DNA of 64,000 nt, from contig NC_058368.1 of the NCBI RefSeq assembly GCF_018350175.1, positions 37,140,001 through 37,204,000 on the forward strand. Reading direction: 5' to 3'. Positions 37,884-52,569 of the stretch are shown in pieces. Both the position numbers and the translations under genes were made by a program. Source of the stretch: Felis catus (lineage: Eukaryota). Numbering within the stretch: the first letter of the stretch is position 1; every line of letters begins with the position of its first letter. Under the pieces are notes generated by a model. That model had not been told where the DNA came from. It saw nothing but the letters and a program-made list of their open reading frames with translations, and did no database searches.

Positions 37884-38929
37884 CAAAGTGATTTATTTTA
37901 AAGCTTTCCAGTTATTAAAGGGGATAATAATGGAATACTTGACAGTTACTACCATCTTTGAAGTTATAAGCTTTAATATTCAGTGAGCACATGAATACTT
38001 TCCATGATATTGTATTAGTTTTGTGCAATAACAACTGAGATACAATTTTTGTGATTACTGATAGCTGAAAACAAGATAGCGTGCTGGCTAATTAAAGTCT
38101 GTACACTCCACTGATGGAAGGCACTTAATTTTTTGTAGGAATTTATAGAAGAGCCTTGGGTCTGCCTCTTCTTAATTTTGCCCAAAGTTTCTTAGCATAT
38201 CTAAAATCTCATTTCCTGCATATATGAAAATTAAATGATGGAATGCATGCAAAAGCCTTTCTCAGTCTCTGGCACATAGTTGAGGGATGCTATCTTAAAA
38301 TTTGGGATTCAGAAGATCAATATTTTAAGTGTTTCCCAAATGAGAATAGTCAACTTTCAAGCACAGCGAGTTTTGTTTTGCTTTTTCTTGATCTCTGTGG
38401 GTGTGTATTCATCTCTGGTATAGATGATGTTGTGATCAGGGAAAGATATGGTATGAATAAAAAGTGTTTCATAATTGTTTTACAAAAGCCAAAATTACAT
38501 GCCTGCATTCCTCCTCTACACATACATTTTTACCTGGCTTATATTACTGCTGATGTCATCTGCTGTTGATAAATTTAGACTAATATGCTCTATAAAAACC
38601 AAAATCCTTGTACATTTTCAATTATATCTACATATACTTCTGAAAATCAACTCAAAATATTGACAATTTATTGCACAAAAATTCTCTGTGCCACAATTCT
38701 ATAATAGAAATTAATTTGTGCTCATTTATAACAGAAAAACATATAACAAAATAACAGGATATAGTAACTTCACATCCAACACATTTCTTGGCCTTTAACA
38801 TCTTAAGAAATGATCTATGTATCATCATAAATTTATTATCTCACTGTAGTGAAATTCATAGTATGTAAAACTTATATCTTCTCACACATCTGTGGTTTTA
38901 AATGGCCCAGAGTAAGCAAATGCAGCAGC

Positions 38930-39100
38930 TTCTCCCATTTGATCCTCATAATGATCTAATGAGGTAGGCATTTCCATCCCTATGAAGCAGGTCAGGAAAC
39001 AACTTGAGAGGCAAGAGGAACTAACTGGCCGGGGTCATGAGACAGGCACGTCCCACAATCGGATTCAGAATACTGGGAGTCAGAAATTCTGTTCTGATTC
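38930..39100 (-). mobile_element. MIR
   Basis: catttgatcctcataat..atgaggtagg..ggaaac. Confidence 0.6.
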
Positions 39101-39329
39101 CTTTTTGGCGTTATCTTAACACCATCCCGCTTGTTTCCGTGTAGAATAATTTAACATCTTTTAAATATAAATGGAAAACTACATAAGATCATTTCCATTA
39201 GGTTTGGCATTGCTTTTGGCTCCTGGAATTTCCATCCAAACCTGTGTCACACTGACTAATTCAGATCAGTGATGGCCAAAAAAAAAACCCCATAGCCTGG
39301 ATTGCTTTCTTCAATAAATGCACTTTCCT

Positions 39330-39575
39330 GGGGCGCCTGGGTGGCTCAGTAGGTTAAGCTTCCAACTTCCGCTCAGGTCATGATCTCAGGGTTTGTGAGC
39401 AAGGCTCAGCCCTGCGTCAGGCTCTGTGCTGACAGCTGGGAGCCTGGAGCTTGCTTCGGATTCCGGTCTCCTTCTATCTCAGCCCCTCCCCCACTTGTGC
39501 TCTGTGTCTCTCTGTCTCTCAAAAATAAGTAAATGTAAAAAAAAAACAAAAAAAAAAATAGATAAATAAATAAAT
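39330..39575 (+). mobile_element. Can-SINE
   Basis: TSD aataaatgcactttcct. Confidence 0.95.
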
Positions 39576-41407
39576 AAATAAATGCACTTTCCTGTGTGAC
39601 GTTCAACACCTAGAAGGGAGTCCAAAAGACTATTCATAGGAATCATGAGCATGCTTGAAGGATGGAACAGGCAAAACAAAGACTGTCTAGTAAACAAGAG
39701 TCAGGAAGTAGGACGACGCAAGTCACTTCATTAACTGCGGAATTATTTTAATCAGGAGACTTGCTGTTTGACTCTAAATTTTCTAACTATACAAAAGAAA
39801 ATAAAACTGTTTCTAATTTTTAATATTACCTTCTAAAACAAGGGACCACTTTGATAATTTTTAAATCATTTTTTTAAAATCAATGTGTTGGATGTGCAAA
39901 GAAGTGTAAATCTGTTGCTTTTGACACATGATTTCATTCATCTTGCAATTAAATTAATAATGATTAGCTCCCATTTCTGCCCCATTTATTAATGTAATGA
40001 TCCTCTAAAAACAACAAAGATTAAAGACAATTTAATTAGAAAAATAAATTAGTAAACTGATGTCACTAGATTTTTTTACTCCTTCTCAACTATTAAATCA
40101 AAATGTACTCTAAGCAGTTTTATGTATCTAGAAATAGGATTATCCACTATAAAGAAAAAGAATGACAGCATTTCAGACTTTGTAAATTAAATTGTGTGAT
40201 TCATGCATTTTCTAAGAATCTGAATGACTTTCAAATGAGCCAGCTACTTTATGTCTCTAATCCTTCTTAGAAAATAAATGGAAGAAATATGCTGATTCTT
40301 CTCTTTACATTAATACTTCCACACAAGAGTCTTTTAAATATATGCTCCAATCATTTTATTTCTTTAATTGGATTGCATTATTTCCTAGTTCCCCCCAAAT
40401 CACAATTTGGTAAAAAGTATCTGAAATGACCTTTCTTTTCAAAGGTAGCATTAAAGTTTCAAATCATACAGCAACTCAACAATCATTGTGGTATGAGATC
40501 CACTGATGTAAAATAATTTATACTAATAAAGTGTTTGTTGATAAAGATGTGCTTATAGAATCTGTGAAGAGCAGCTGAAGAGAATTCACGTGTTCTACTT
40601 ACCACTAAAATATAATATTGTTTAGACCTGATTATTTGCATTTGTCAATTCTTACTCTGTCTATAAATACTTAAACTATTCAGGTATACAAAGACGGAAA
40701 TGATCATGTAGTCTTTCAGGGGATATTAAGCATCCACAGAAATATATCAAATAAAATATCCATGAAACAAACAAAGATGAATCCTTTGTGTAAAGAGTGA
40801 ATTTTTAGGTAAAAATTAGTATTTTGACCTGCATGACCTAAAGAGCAGGCCTCTGCTCAAAAATGGAGCTTCAGGTCAGTTTGTCATCTGCATGTGAGAG
40901 AGGATTATGCGTGGGAGATCTTTGGTAAGAGGATTGCTTGGCTGTTTTCATATCTACTGAAAATGTCCTTTAGTGTGACAGGTTATATTAATGTCAGCTT
41001 TGAAAGACCAAAGATTCAGAGCAGGGGACTCGCCTACTTATTTGTTTGGATTTTCAGTAGGCACAAACAACATTTTAATCCTATGAAACAGACTTTTTGA
41101 AATGTGAATATTAATAGGAAAAAATGAAAAGTTCTAAAGCAGGTATATGACTTTTGGTTATATAAGAAGACAGTATCTTAAAAACCACTTTGACATTTAT
41201 ATAGTGGTAGGCAAATATAGGTATAATGATTAAAATTTATTTGGAATTTCTATATATTTTCATATAAACAACTCTTCCTCTGCTCCTTTCTTTGTGTAAA
41301 TGCTTAAGGATTAACCAATAGCCATTTGAAGGCAAATTTAACCCCTTGATTAGTACATATATTTCTTTACTTGTTCCAGATTTGGGACTTCGGATTATAA
41401 AACTTAA

Positions 41408-41777
41408 TGTTGTGGAATGAATTGTGTTCCCCTCAAATTACATCTGTTGAAACTGTAACCTTCAGTATGATGGCTTTTGGAGGTAGGGCCTTCCGGAAAT
41501 AATCAGGTTCTGGTGAGGTCATGTGGAAAGAGCCCTCATGATGGGATTAGTGCCCTTTTAAGAAGAGGAAAAGACACCAGATTGCTCTCTCTCTCTCTTC
41601 CCCATGAGGATATAGTGAGAAGGCATGGTCTGAGAGCCAGCAAGAGAGCTTTCAACAGAACCTGACCTTTCTAGCACCCTAATCTAGCACCTTCCTGCCT
41701 CCAGAACTGTGAGAAAATACATTTCTTTAAGCTACCAGGTTGTAGACTTCGTTATGGTAGTCCAAGCTGACTAATAT
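41408..41777 (+). mobile_element. MaLR solo LTR (MLT1A/MST-type)
   Basis: tgttgtggaatgaattgtgttcccc..atgggattagtgccctt..cctccagaactgtgagaaa..ctgactaata. Confidence 0.9.
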
Positions 41778-44700
41778 ATTCCTACAATTTGATTAATGGA
41801 GTTGAGAGTCCCATATAACTTTAAGTGGTTTACAAGCCTTGAAAATGAACTAGTTTCTTTGAAAGCTATATTAACCACTATAAACATTAATAAGCTTTAA
41901 ATTTATACAAAACAAATGTATTAAACCTCAGGGAAACATGAAGCTTATTAGGCCAGTACCTGAAATTTGATTATTTTATTATAGAAAAAAGTTGCATAGA
42001 ACATACTGTATATAATTTTAAATGTGATGATACTTTTACAGGCAAATAGTATTTTCAGAGAGGGTTTAAATAATAGTTTGTATGTCTAGGCAAAATATCT
42101 TCCCTGGAATAAAGAGAATGGAAGGAAAACTATTAAATATGATACTAGAGAAGGATTTCTACAGGCTAAATCATGAATTATAACTTTTTAAATAGAAATT
42201 TATAGAAAACAATAGACATTGAATTTCATTTTATACTTCTTTGCATTCTGTTCTTATGTTTGAAATGGGCCACTATGCATAGTGACAGAAACCTTTGACC
42301 TGTGCCAATTATTTTAAATTATTAAATGGAGTAGGGGACACATATGCCTTTTTCATTGTTGTTGTAAAGTAGTAGTTACACATGTTGAATACCCATTTTT
42401 AATCTGGAGTTTCACATACTTAGCTACCTATTACCGATGCCTCTCCCAGCCTATCTTCTAGACATTTCATTAAAGTTTCAATTTTTCAAGTCTTCTTAAA
42501 AGTTGTGAGTGAAATGTCTTCAAAATTTTGACATATATACAAAAATTCACATATGTGCTTAGTATATATGGGCTTATAATCATTTAATTTATATAGTTAT
42601 ATCCATAAAGTGAGGAAAAAACATTCTACAACAGCACAGAACTGGCCACACCTGCAATATCAGCAAGAAACATTTCATTTGATTTTCAGGAGAGTTGCTG
42701 ATAGCAACACTCACACAGCATTTGGGAACATGTTTTGCCTAGAGTTAGATTAGAACTGAACTTACTGTCTTCATTCAACTGGGTGTCCTCCTGGTGACCT
42801 GTGCTGTAAGAATTCGCTTAATATTCTTACAGTCTTTACTCTTCTGTCTTCATTTCTTTTTTTCCCTTAAATACAGCCATCCTTAACTAGTCAACAAGAT
42901 AGACATGTTCTATACCATTATAGAGCTTACAATAAATTTTTTAGAGTAAGTGAATAAATGAATGAATCAGAATTGTTGGTTATTCCATTTTACCATAATC
43001 TATTCTAAGTTCTCTCTTCAGGCCCAGTTCTTCCTCCTTTAAACCCGTTCTTTCCACTGTACTCTACCATCATTTATGAGGATGTTCTTTGCTAATTCAT
43101 TAGGTAATAAAGCAGTTCCCTCATCCTGATATGTTCCTCCCATTCCCTTTATCCAGATACATCTAAAATGAAACATCAGTCAATGCTCTCAGGAACGTAC
43201 TTGTGAACCTTTAAGAATTAGTTTAGTTTTCTCTAATTCCATGCACCCATATCTCTATACCTCCTTCACAGTACTTTTGCACAAATAGTTAATTAAACTA
43301 GTGGCTACTGTGTTAATGCCTGTCTTCCTCAGTTGTAACCTTAATGAGTACATGATTATGTATTCTGATCACTGTATGTCTCCAGTGCTCAACACAAAAT
43401 GCAGTAAATATCTAAAGACAATAAAGGACTCTTGGATGAGTGTAGGAAAAAACTGCTACTATAAGTAAGATGGCACAACTGGGAAAATGCAAACCTGGAT
43501 GTTAAATATAGGAAACTTCACAGAGTGGATGACTCCATGAGCTTTAGATAAACAATGGTATCATAATAGGAAATGCAAAGTCAAAGGCAAGTTTTGCTTC
43601 ATACCAGATGAAAAGATGTGCTGCAGGTGAGGTTGATCTATGTGTGTGTTACCTACACTTCTGTAAAGCACAGGTTGGTTGCAAGTGGCCACAAGTCATT
43701 TTGTGCATTGCACAGGTTGGCGTCCAATTCACACCTCTTTAATATTGAAATCAACTACTTAGGGTCCTTGCAGCTAACCAAAATATATGGTCAGAAGGTT
43801 TGTCTTCATTTTTTCTGCTACTAAGTCAGTGATTCATCTACGTTTGTGTCTTCCTCCTCTCTCTTTTGTTTATAACATCACTCATCATTTGTTGCATGTA
43901 AAATGCATGCAAAGTTATGAGTATCAACTCTCTACAAGTATCCCATGTTGTTTCAAATGATTTCTCAGTATATTTTTGTAGTTTTTGTCCTGTTAAGACT
44001 GATTAGAGTGACTTTTTTCTCACTGCACTCGTTTTTGCTTACGTTAATAAATCAATGCAGTCACATATACTCAAACCGACTGTGTATGAAAATGTCATCT
44101 TTCTCTGTCTCCTGTAGCACACATATTTCCAGCTTAGGAAAATGATGGCATTTGACTTGTTACTGTAGTTAGAAAGAGAGCATATAACTTTCAACAGGTT
44201 TTATGTAGATATTCTACTTTTCTGTTTCCTGATAATGGGTTCCATTAAAGTTAATTAGCTCACTTTAGTCTTATATACTACTGGAAATAAGCCATATCTT
44301 TAAATAAACAAGAAAATGAGCACCATTAAGGCTTGCAGTTGCACAGAGAACTGGAATATGTTGTAAAATCGGAACCCAATTGCCATCATATCAAGTTGAA
44401 ATTACATAATAGTCCATGATGTATACTCCTTAGGCGCAGGTGATAGCTTCAACAATGTGCATCTTTTATAGAATATTATTACATAATTATTTAAATTCAG
44501 TTTTGGAGCTTACCCAATGATGTTTGAAGATAAAGTATGTTTTTCAATTGCATTTAAAGTATTATTTCGTAGTAATTTTTTTAATGTTGATCATTTCTTT
44601 GGAGGGGCGCCTGGCTGTGTTCAGTTACTATTCTGTTATTCTGCAAACAGGAAATGTCAGGGACCAATCAAGGTCAGAGATTATTTAAATACATTCACTA

Positions 44701-45692
44701 GAAAAATGAATTTTGATGGATTTAAACACAATTTTAGGAACTTGACTTTTACTTATCTGTCAGTATTTTGCCAACTCTAGAATGTTGCCAAAATACTCCT
44801 TACTTTTTATTCTAGCCAGATATCATGTCAACATTTATTAATCAATTGAAAAGAAAATAATACCATACGGTGTTAATGGAAACTGATAATACTAATAAAG
44901 AAGAATGAAATAACTCTGAATTGCCTATCCTATCTGTATTTGGCATATTTCTATATTATCAAGTCCCTGGGGTATAGTTTATGTGTGTCATATAGTAATA
45001 CTTTATCAGTAATGAAGTATATACATGGATTCCACTCCTATCTGCTGTCTAACTTTATATTGCAGATTAACATAATTATAGCTACAACATACAGATGATC
45101 ATCTGAATGCAAAAACTTGTATCTTTAATTATGTTCGTAATGAGGTATTGACCTTTAAAAATAAATTTGCCTTTCCTTTTGTCACCTTTCTGATCTCTCC
45201 TTTTAATTTTCACTATGAATGGTGTTTTTCTTTAATTCATCACTAGGAGAATGTAATGTGATTAGGTTGACAATCTGGACTGGTAAAACATTTTAAAAGA
45301 AAAGACAGATTAAAAGTAGAGAACATTGTTGCAACCTTTGAATTTTCTTTCTCTTTATTATATTTCTCTCCTTTACATTTTCCTTCTTTTATCTACATCC
45401 TTCTTTTTCTCATCCTTTGGAGGCATTATCCTATGCAGTTTTTAGACTAGGTGACTTGAATCTGAATTTGGTCTTCTCTCATTAGTTGTAAGGCCTTAAG
45501 AAAACGTGTGAAACCTCTCAAGTTAGTCCTAAAGTAGTGAGTTACTGAAAGTCAGAGACTTGGCATTTGCTAGGTACTCAGTAAATTTTATACCATTCAT
45601 TCTCTTCGTTTCTTTCTAGCATACACTGCAAGTCAAAATAGCCCATTATCTTTGTCATAAACACCATTCTTACCATAACTCACAAATATAAT

Positions 45693-46312
45693 TTTTTTAT
45701 CCAAGTTTTTATTTAAATGCCAGTTAGTTAACATACAGTGTAACATTAGCTTCAGGTGTAGAATTTAGTGACTTCACTTCCATTCAACACCCAGTGCTCA
45801 TGACAATAAGGGCCCTCAATACCGATCACCCACTTAACCCATCCTCTGCCCACCTCCCCTCCAGTAACCCTCAGTTTGTTCTCTATTGTTAAGAGTCTGT
45901 TTCTTGGTTTACCTCTCTCTCTTTTTTCCTTCTGTGTTCATTTGTTTTGTTTCTTAAATTCCACAGATGAGTGAAATCATGGTATTTTTTTCCTCTATTT
46001 CACTTACCATAATACTCTCTAGCTCCATCCACATCATTGCAAATGGCAGGATTTCCTTCTTTTTTATGTCATTCATTGACACAAATCAAAAGATTTCATT
46101 CTTTTTTCATTTATTTTACATATATATGTATGTATGTAATTTTACATATATAGATACAGATATATGTATGTATGTATCCATTCACCTCTTCTTCTTCTTT
46201 TTTTTTTTTTTTTAGTATATGTGCTGCCAAAGCGAGCACTATTCACCTCTTCTTTATCCATTCATCAGTTGATGGACATTTGGACTCTTTCTACAATCTG
46301 GCTATTGTTGAT
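45693..46312 (-). mobile_element. Carnivore L1 3' end
   Basis: aagtttttatttaaatgccagttagttaacatacagtg..ttgatggacatttgg. Confidence 0.9.
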
Positions 46313-46680
46313 AGCCTGGAGAAGGATGTGCTTCCAAGCTCATTCAGGTTGTTTGCATAATTCATTTCCTTGTGGCCCTGCCTTCTTATTGGCTATTGAC
46401 TTGGGGGTACCCCTAGGTCCTAGAGTCATTTTGCAACTTCTTGGCAGGCGGCACTGTCCATACACGGTTCTTACCATGGCTAATTGCTTCTTCAGGTCCA
46501 GCAAGAGAATCTCTCTTTCTAGTCTACTAAGATGGAGTCACATGTAACACTCCAATCCAGGAAATGAAATTCCATCATCTTAGTCATATTCTATGTGTTA
46601 GGAGCCCGTCACCGGTCCTACCAGTACTGTAGGAGAGGAGATTTTACCAGTGTGTAAAGTCTTTGGAGTGTATCTCCTGT
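46313..46680 (-). mobile_element. MaLR (MLT1-type) LTR fragment
   Basis: cttccaagctcattcaggttgtt..aattcatttccttgtgg. Confidence 0.65.
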
Positions 46681-46689
46681 AACGAGGCA

Positions 46690-47240
46690 GCTAGAATTTT
46701 TGGTGGAGAATGCAAAGAAGAGGAAGCTGTACAAAGAGAGAGCTATTCAGAATCAGAGCCTTGGAGAGCTACAGCAGGTTCTGCTGGTTACTGATCCGCA
46801 CATGTATAGGAAGAAGTTATTTGAGGCCCAGGAAAGAACAACCTGAAAGGAAAAGAGAATACAATTCCCAGACCTCAAACAGTGTCAGGAGTAGTTTAAG
46901 TTCCCAAGAGCCAAAGCGAAAAACCTTCCAGCAAATGGAGAGAGTACTCAGAAGGATATTGCCTCAGTAGAAGGGGAAAATTACTTTTGAATTAAAGGTC
47001 TCTCTCCTACCCTTTAGCAAATCTTAAAAGCAAGCCTTGAAAAGATCAACTCCTTCCAAATTGTGCGTCAGAATGAAGGCCAAAAGCTTTTAAAGAGTTA
47101 CAAAAAAAATCCTCAAGCTCCCAAAAGATAAAATTTGCAAAATCGGGCATCCAATTAAAAAATTACCAAGCAAACAAAGAATCAGGAAAATGTAATATAT
47201 AATGAGAAAAATGAATCAATGGAAACAGATTCAGAAAGAC
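46690..47240 (+). mobile_element. Ancient L1 5'-region fragment
   Basis: gagagtactcagaaggatattgcctcagtag..aatcaatggaaacagattcagaa. Confidence 0.6.
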
Positions 47241-47309
47241 CCAATATCCATTTCTAGTAAAAAAAGGTTAAGTAAATTGTGATATATTCATACGTTTGAA
47301 TACCGGATT

Positions 47310-48855
47310 GCAATGGTTTTCAAATCTTTGTTCATGCCCTCTCTAAAATCCTTATGACACTTTCAGGGGTTCTGCTCAATCACAATTATTTCCATAGTAA
47401 CATTAGGGCATGTTTTGCTTTTCTCATTGTGTTGACATTTGCAATGACTATGCAAATGGTGAGGAAAACTGCTGCCCTAACACAAAGCGTGGCAGGGACA
47501 CCAAACTATAGTAGCACTCCTCATATTATTCATTGCCACACACTTGCAGAAGAAACATTTCAGTTAAAGATGTCTTCAAAAGAGCAGTTAAAAAATGTAA
47601 TGTCATTAAACCTCATCCTTTGAGTACATGTGTTTTTAATAGTCTGGGGGAGGAAAGGGGAATGCATAAAGTATTTCTGCTAAATACTAAAACATACTGC
47701 AAATTGTGGATATTCAGAGTCAAGTATTTGGCACATGTATTCACATATTCTCTACAATAGCCTGTCACTTCAAGGAAAACAAGTTTTGGTCTTTGTTGGC
47801 AATGATACAATTTGAACCTGATAAGTTAGAATTTTGGGAAACTTGCATCCAATAGCAGGGGGGAGGGGGTTGACAGCTGTCTACTATTTAAAGACTTCTG
47901 CTGAGATTGATGGTGATATTGACAAATAGAGTTCTTGATATTGTTTAATGAAATGTGTTGACATTTGGAAGATCTTTCTAACCGAATTTTCCAAATGACC
48001 AATGTGTGATGTTTCTAAATGATGCATGGGTAATAATGCGTTCAGAGGCGAAGATAGATCAATGGATTTTAAAGTAACAGGATAAACAGTTCATAGAAAT
48101 GATACTGGCATCCCACTGCAACTCAATCATGTTTTGAGTTTTATGCAGTTTTGAAAAGAATGTATACAATTATCTAACAAGCTACTAAAATTCTCCTCTG
48201 TTTTCCAATTACATACCTGTGTGAGACTGGATTTTCTTTATCTATTTCTACATTTTATGTATTTCTATATGCCTGTTGGAGCAGATTAAATGAAAAAGCA
48301 GATATTAGAAGCCAATAATCTTCTCTTAAGCCAGACATTAAAGAGATTGCAAAATATATAAACCAATGCTATTCTTCTCAATAAATTTTTCAAAATATAA
48401 TTAACATGAAATTATGTCATTTATATTGCCATGTAATGAGATTTTTATAATAAATTTATAAAAATTTTTGTAATAGGTAAATAGATATTTATAGAATGTC
48501 TCAGTTTTCATTTCTGATATGATAAATTTGGAATGTTTAACACACATAAACCAAAACTATCTGTGGTTCTCAATTTAAAAAAAATTTTAATGTTTATTTA
48601 TTTTTGAGACAATGCGAGAGACAGGGTGCAAACAGCAGAGGGGCAGACAGAGGGAGGCACATAATCTGATGTGGGCACCAGGCTCTGAGCTGTCAGCCCA
48701 GAGCCCGACACGGGGCTCGAACTCACGAACCACGAGATCATGACCTGAGCCGAAGTTGGACACTTAACTGACTGAGCCCCTTAGGCGCCCCCTGTGGTTC
48801 TCAATTTTTTAAAGTGTAAAGGGGACATGCAAACAAAAAGTCTGATTAATTCTGT
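47310..48855 (+). mobile_element. Charlie1-type hAT DNA transposon remnant
   Basis: gtgttgacatttgc..aaaactgctg..caccaaacta..tgtgagactggattttct..aagccagacattaaagagatt. Confidence 0.85.
48577..48791 (-). mobile_element. Can-SINE nested in Charlie1
   Basis: TSD ctgtggttctcaattt. Confidence 0.95.
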
Positions 48856-49253
48856 TATACAGAATAAATGAAAATAAATGGATACTGAATAAATAAAAAT
48901 ACAGGAAATAAATAAATGAGCTATAACTACATACAACCTGCGTGCATATTACAACTGCAGTGATTATGAAAGAAACAAGTGGCCCACAAATACAATATGT
49001 GTGTTTCCATCATATACCAGGCAGATAGACTGTGGAATTTAGAAGTCAGTTATAGTGACAAAATAAAAAAATAATTGCAAGGACACGTACTCACAAAATC
49101 AGTGCATTGGTTATCTCTGGGAAGAGAAGGGATAGGTGACTAGGCAGGAATTCAAATGGAAATCAGGCCATGTTCTATGAATAGACACTGGTCTATCAAT
49201 TGCCCACTTTGTAATATTCCCCAAATTGTTCATATATATCTTATGCGCTATTC

Positions 49254-49470
49254 TTTTTTTTTTTTTTAATGTTTATTTATTTTGAGAGAGAGGAGTGAAC
49301 ACACAAGAGAGGAGCAGAGAGAGACAGAGAGAGAATCTCCAGCAGGCTCTGCACACCATCAGCACATAGCCTGCCTCGGGGCTCCATCTCACAAACTGTG
49401 AGATCATAAGTAGAAACTGAGCTGAAACCAAGAGTCGGATGCTTAACCACCTGTGCCACCCAGGCACCCC
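49254..49470 (-). mobile_element. Can-SINE
   Basis: TSD tcttatgc.ct.ttct. Confidence 0.92.
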
Positions 49471-50271
49471 GATCTTATGCACTGTTCTGAAGTCATAACT
49501 CACAGTTAAAACTGGGTAAGAAATTGATCCTTGGAAATATTTAACATTAAAGAAAATAAATACGATACTACAAACATCAAGCAAAAAAAAATATTTTTAA
49601 TTCTAACACTAAAGCACCAGCATAAATTTACAATTTGAATGATAAAACAGTTTTGTAATTCTTCACTGCCAAAATGTAAGCCTTCTTTTCTTTCTCCTTA
49701 AGTTTATTATCCACAGTAGATCATTTCAATAAAACTTGCCCACATCCTAAATACTCCTGTGTGGCCACAACCTAGCCGTGGACAACCCCCAACTATTCAG
49801 TTTCTTATTCATCCATCTGGAAAGCCAAGAAATTCTGGAGAAATTACCAATGAAGCTGGTCAGATTTTGAATACTATAATATTCACCAACCTTAAAAGCA
49901 ACTAGAAATCTCAACCATTTCATTATATTTGTACTGTTTGCAACCTACTCTCACCTCCCACAAGAGAGCTATTTCAGAGTTTCCCTTAACCTCCACCTCC
50001 TCAAGCTTCCTATCCTCAACAGATGACATTTCTATTAATAGTTGTAGCAAAATAGAAGACACTGGAAAGGATCAAACTCATCTTCCAGATATCAAACAAG
50101 CTGTCTCCCTCCATCTGAATACATTATAGTCTTCTCTGTTAGACTAAGAATTTACCTCTCTTTCATTTAAGACTAACTTCTCCTAGACATAGTTTAGGGG
50201 GTCTCTGCTCTGTGTTTGTAGCAAGAATAGTTAAATAATAAATATAAAAATAAAATAATCTTGGACGTTGA

Positions 50272-50691
50272 TGATATGCCCCGATTCGAGAGACCCCCCG
50301 AAAACAAACCACCAGAGTCCAGAGTCAAAGCCAAGGGGCAAGGGTCATTTATTGCAGGTTCGAACCCGGTCCTCCGAGCACTGGTTGCCGGTGACGCTAA
50401 GAGGCCCCGAGTAAGGATCTTACAGCTTCTTTTATAGACAGGCACAAACAAGTTAGGGACTTTTTTGAGGTTACAGAGCTGTTACTGGTTAACATTTAAA
50501 TTTGAACGCTCAGCAGAACTTGATTGGTTCCCGCCTTTATTTCAAACCACTCAGCAGAACTTGATTGGTTCCCGCCTTTAGGTCAGGCTACAACCGGGGA
50601 GCCCTGGCTGGTTTCGGGAAGGCGGGGGGAGGGGAAAGATCTTTTCTTTGCAGTTGTGAGTACACCTGGTAATTTTTCTCTTAGCCTCTCA
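50272..50691 (-). mobile_element. Young ERV1/gammaretrovirus-type solo LTR (420 bp)
   Basis: TG...CA ends; 4-bp TSD ttga at 50268-50271 and 50692-50695. On minus: duplicated GC/CCAAT unit, TATAAAA (50430-50436), AATAAA (50348-50353). CpGs retained. Confidence 0.92.
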
Positions 50692-51039
50692 TTGACACTT
50701 TGGAAATTTGTGTTCTCAACTACGCTTTGTTACATTGTGTCAATATTTTGAAATTTTCAATTGTAAACATCTATAATATATATGTTATATTTTTCAAGGT
50801 CGAGTATTTTCGGTCATCATGGAGCAAAAAACTCCCAAAGAGTGAAATCATTTGTAATTTTTTGTTGTTAAAATCTAGTAGTATGTAGGCAGCACACAAT
50901 GATAAGGCAAAAATTGTTTGGAAATGTGTTGAGAAATTCCAGTATTTAAGATATTTCCACTGATGATCTATCTTAAATATGTAAATTATCATTATGCTTA
51001 AATGAAAAACAAAATAGTTAAGGAGACCTTTTATTTTTT

Positions 51040-51140
51040 TTTCCTTTTTTAAATTTTTATTTAAATTCCAGTCAGCATACAGTGTATCGTTAGTTTCAGG
51101 TGGACAGTTTAGTGATTCAATACTTACATATAACAACAAC
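51040..51140 (-). mobile_element. Very short carnivore L1 3' end
   Basis: ttaaattccagtcagcatacagtg..agtgattcaatacttacata; flanked by agaccttt. Confidence 0.8.
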
Positions 51141-52087
51141 AAAAAGACCTTTTAAATAAAATGATTATGTACCTCATCTTTACTATATACTCTGCATATT
51201 AATTTTAATGTAATACAAAATACAAGATAACTATTTTCTTTATATAAACATGAATATTGGTGAATCTAGGAGTGGGAGATAGATAATAAAAAATATTAGT
51301 AAGTGTTCAGAATAATGTTCAAGTTGTCACTCCTTTGAAATTGAAGCTAAGATTTTAAAATATCTTTAGAGGGATGTTTCAACAAAGATACTATTAAATT
51401 TTCAAATATATAAACTATAAGAATGTATGACATTTTATTGCTTTATCTTATTACTTTAAATGATAAATTATTAAAACAAAACAGCTTTTTTATTTATAAT
51501 ACAAAAAAGGTGAAATTATTTACTAACACTTATCTATTCATTCTCTACTGAGAATCCTGAGGCCAAAAAAAAAAAAAAAAAAAACAACAACTTAAAATTG
51601 TCTTTATTTTCTTCTTTCCTGTTCAGCAATTTCAAACCCCAATATTTTTAAAAAAAGGATTATTTCCTTTTGCTTTTACTGATAATATGTCCAACTGAGA
51701 TTTCTTTTTATGGATAATCTCTACTAGCTAAAACAGCGTTGATCTTTAAAGCCAAGCTGCAAAACAAACTCCTGTGTGTTCTTCTTGTTGGGGGTGGGGT
51801 TGGGTAGCACTGGAAGTCCCTTTCAGAGATCATCCATTTTAGGTATTTTTCTGTGTGGCATAAAGTCTGGTTCTAAACCCTTATTGATTACAATATAATT
51901 TATTCAACTTGCCCATACACTCAAGTTTATTCATGTGCAGTTAACTAGCTTGTCACCCTGAAGTAGAAACATATTGTTTTAGGACTCAGGAATCAATACG
52001 AAAAAAAAATAATTATAGAAAATTACAAAGAAAATAACAACAGTCAATGTTGACCACTGTCAACTTCTTAGCGTATTTGCTTTGAGT

Positions 52088-52213
52088 CTTTTCTTTCCCT
52101 TCCTTCTTCCCTTCCTCCTTTCCTTCCTTCTTTCCTTCCTTCCTTCCTTCCTTCCTCTCTCCCTCCCTCCCCCCCTTCCTTCCTTCCTCCTCTCTCTCTC
52201 TCTTCTTTTTTTT
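52088..52213. repeat. (TTCC)n polypyrimidine tract
   Basis: Direct reading. Confidence 0.95.
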
Positions 52214-52569
52214 AAGAAAACATTGATTGTGGTTTACTCTATTGAAAAATTGATATGTGTTTATCTGTAAAAAATTCAAGCAGTATAGGTGATGCAAAGA
52301 TGTGTTTTTAAAAATCACCCATACTTAAAGAACTTTTACTGTTTATAGAAAAAATAAGTGAATATGCTGTCATGAAAAGTGTACCACATTCTAGGTACAA
52401 TTTCAAAATACATTAAAATTATAAGTAATGGAAAACTAAGGTACAAGGATAATAATTGCAGAATTTTAATGATGACAAAAATATTCTTTAAAATATACCT
52501 CCAAGATTAGGAAACGAGATTCTGAAACACATTGAAAAGGTTGAAGTCATTCAGTTGTAAGAACTACCT

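Noticed and set aside
44576..44625. Tiny SINE tail-like plus head-like remnant (ggggcgcctggctg)
   Set aside because: Too short to distinguish from chance.
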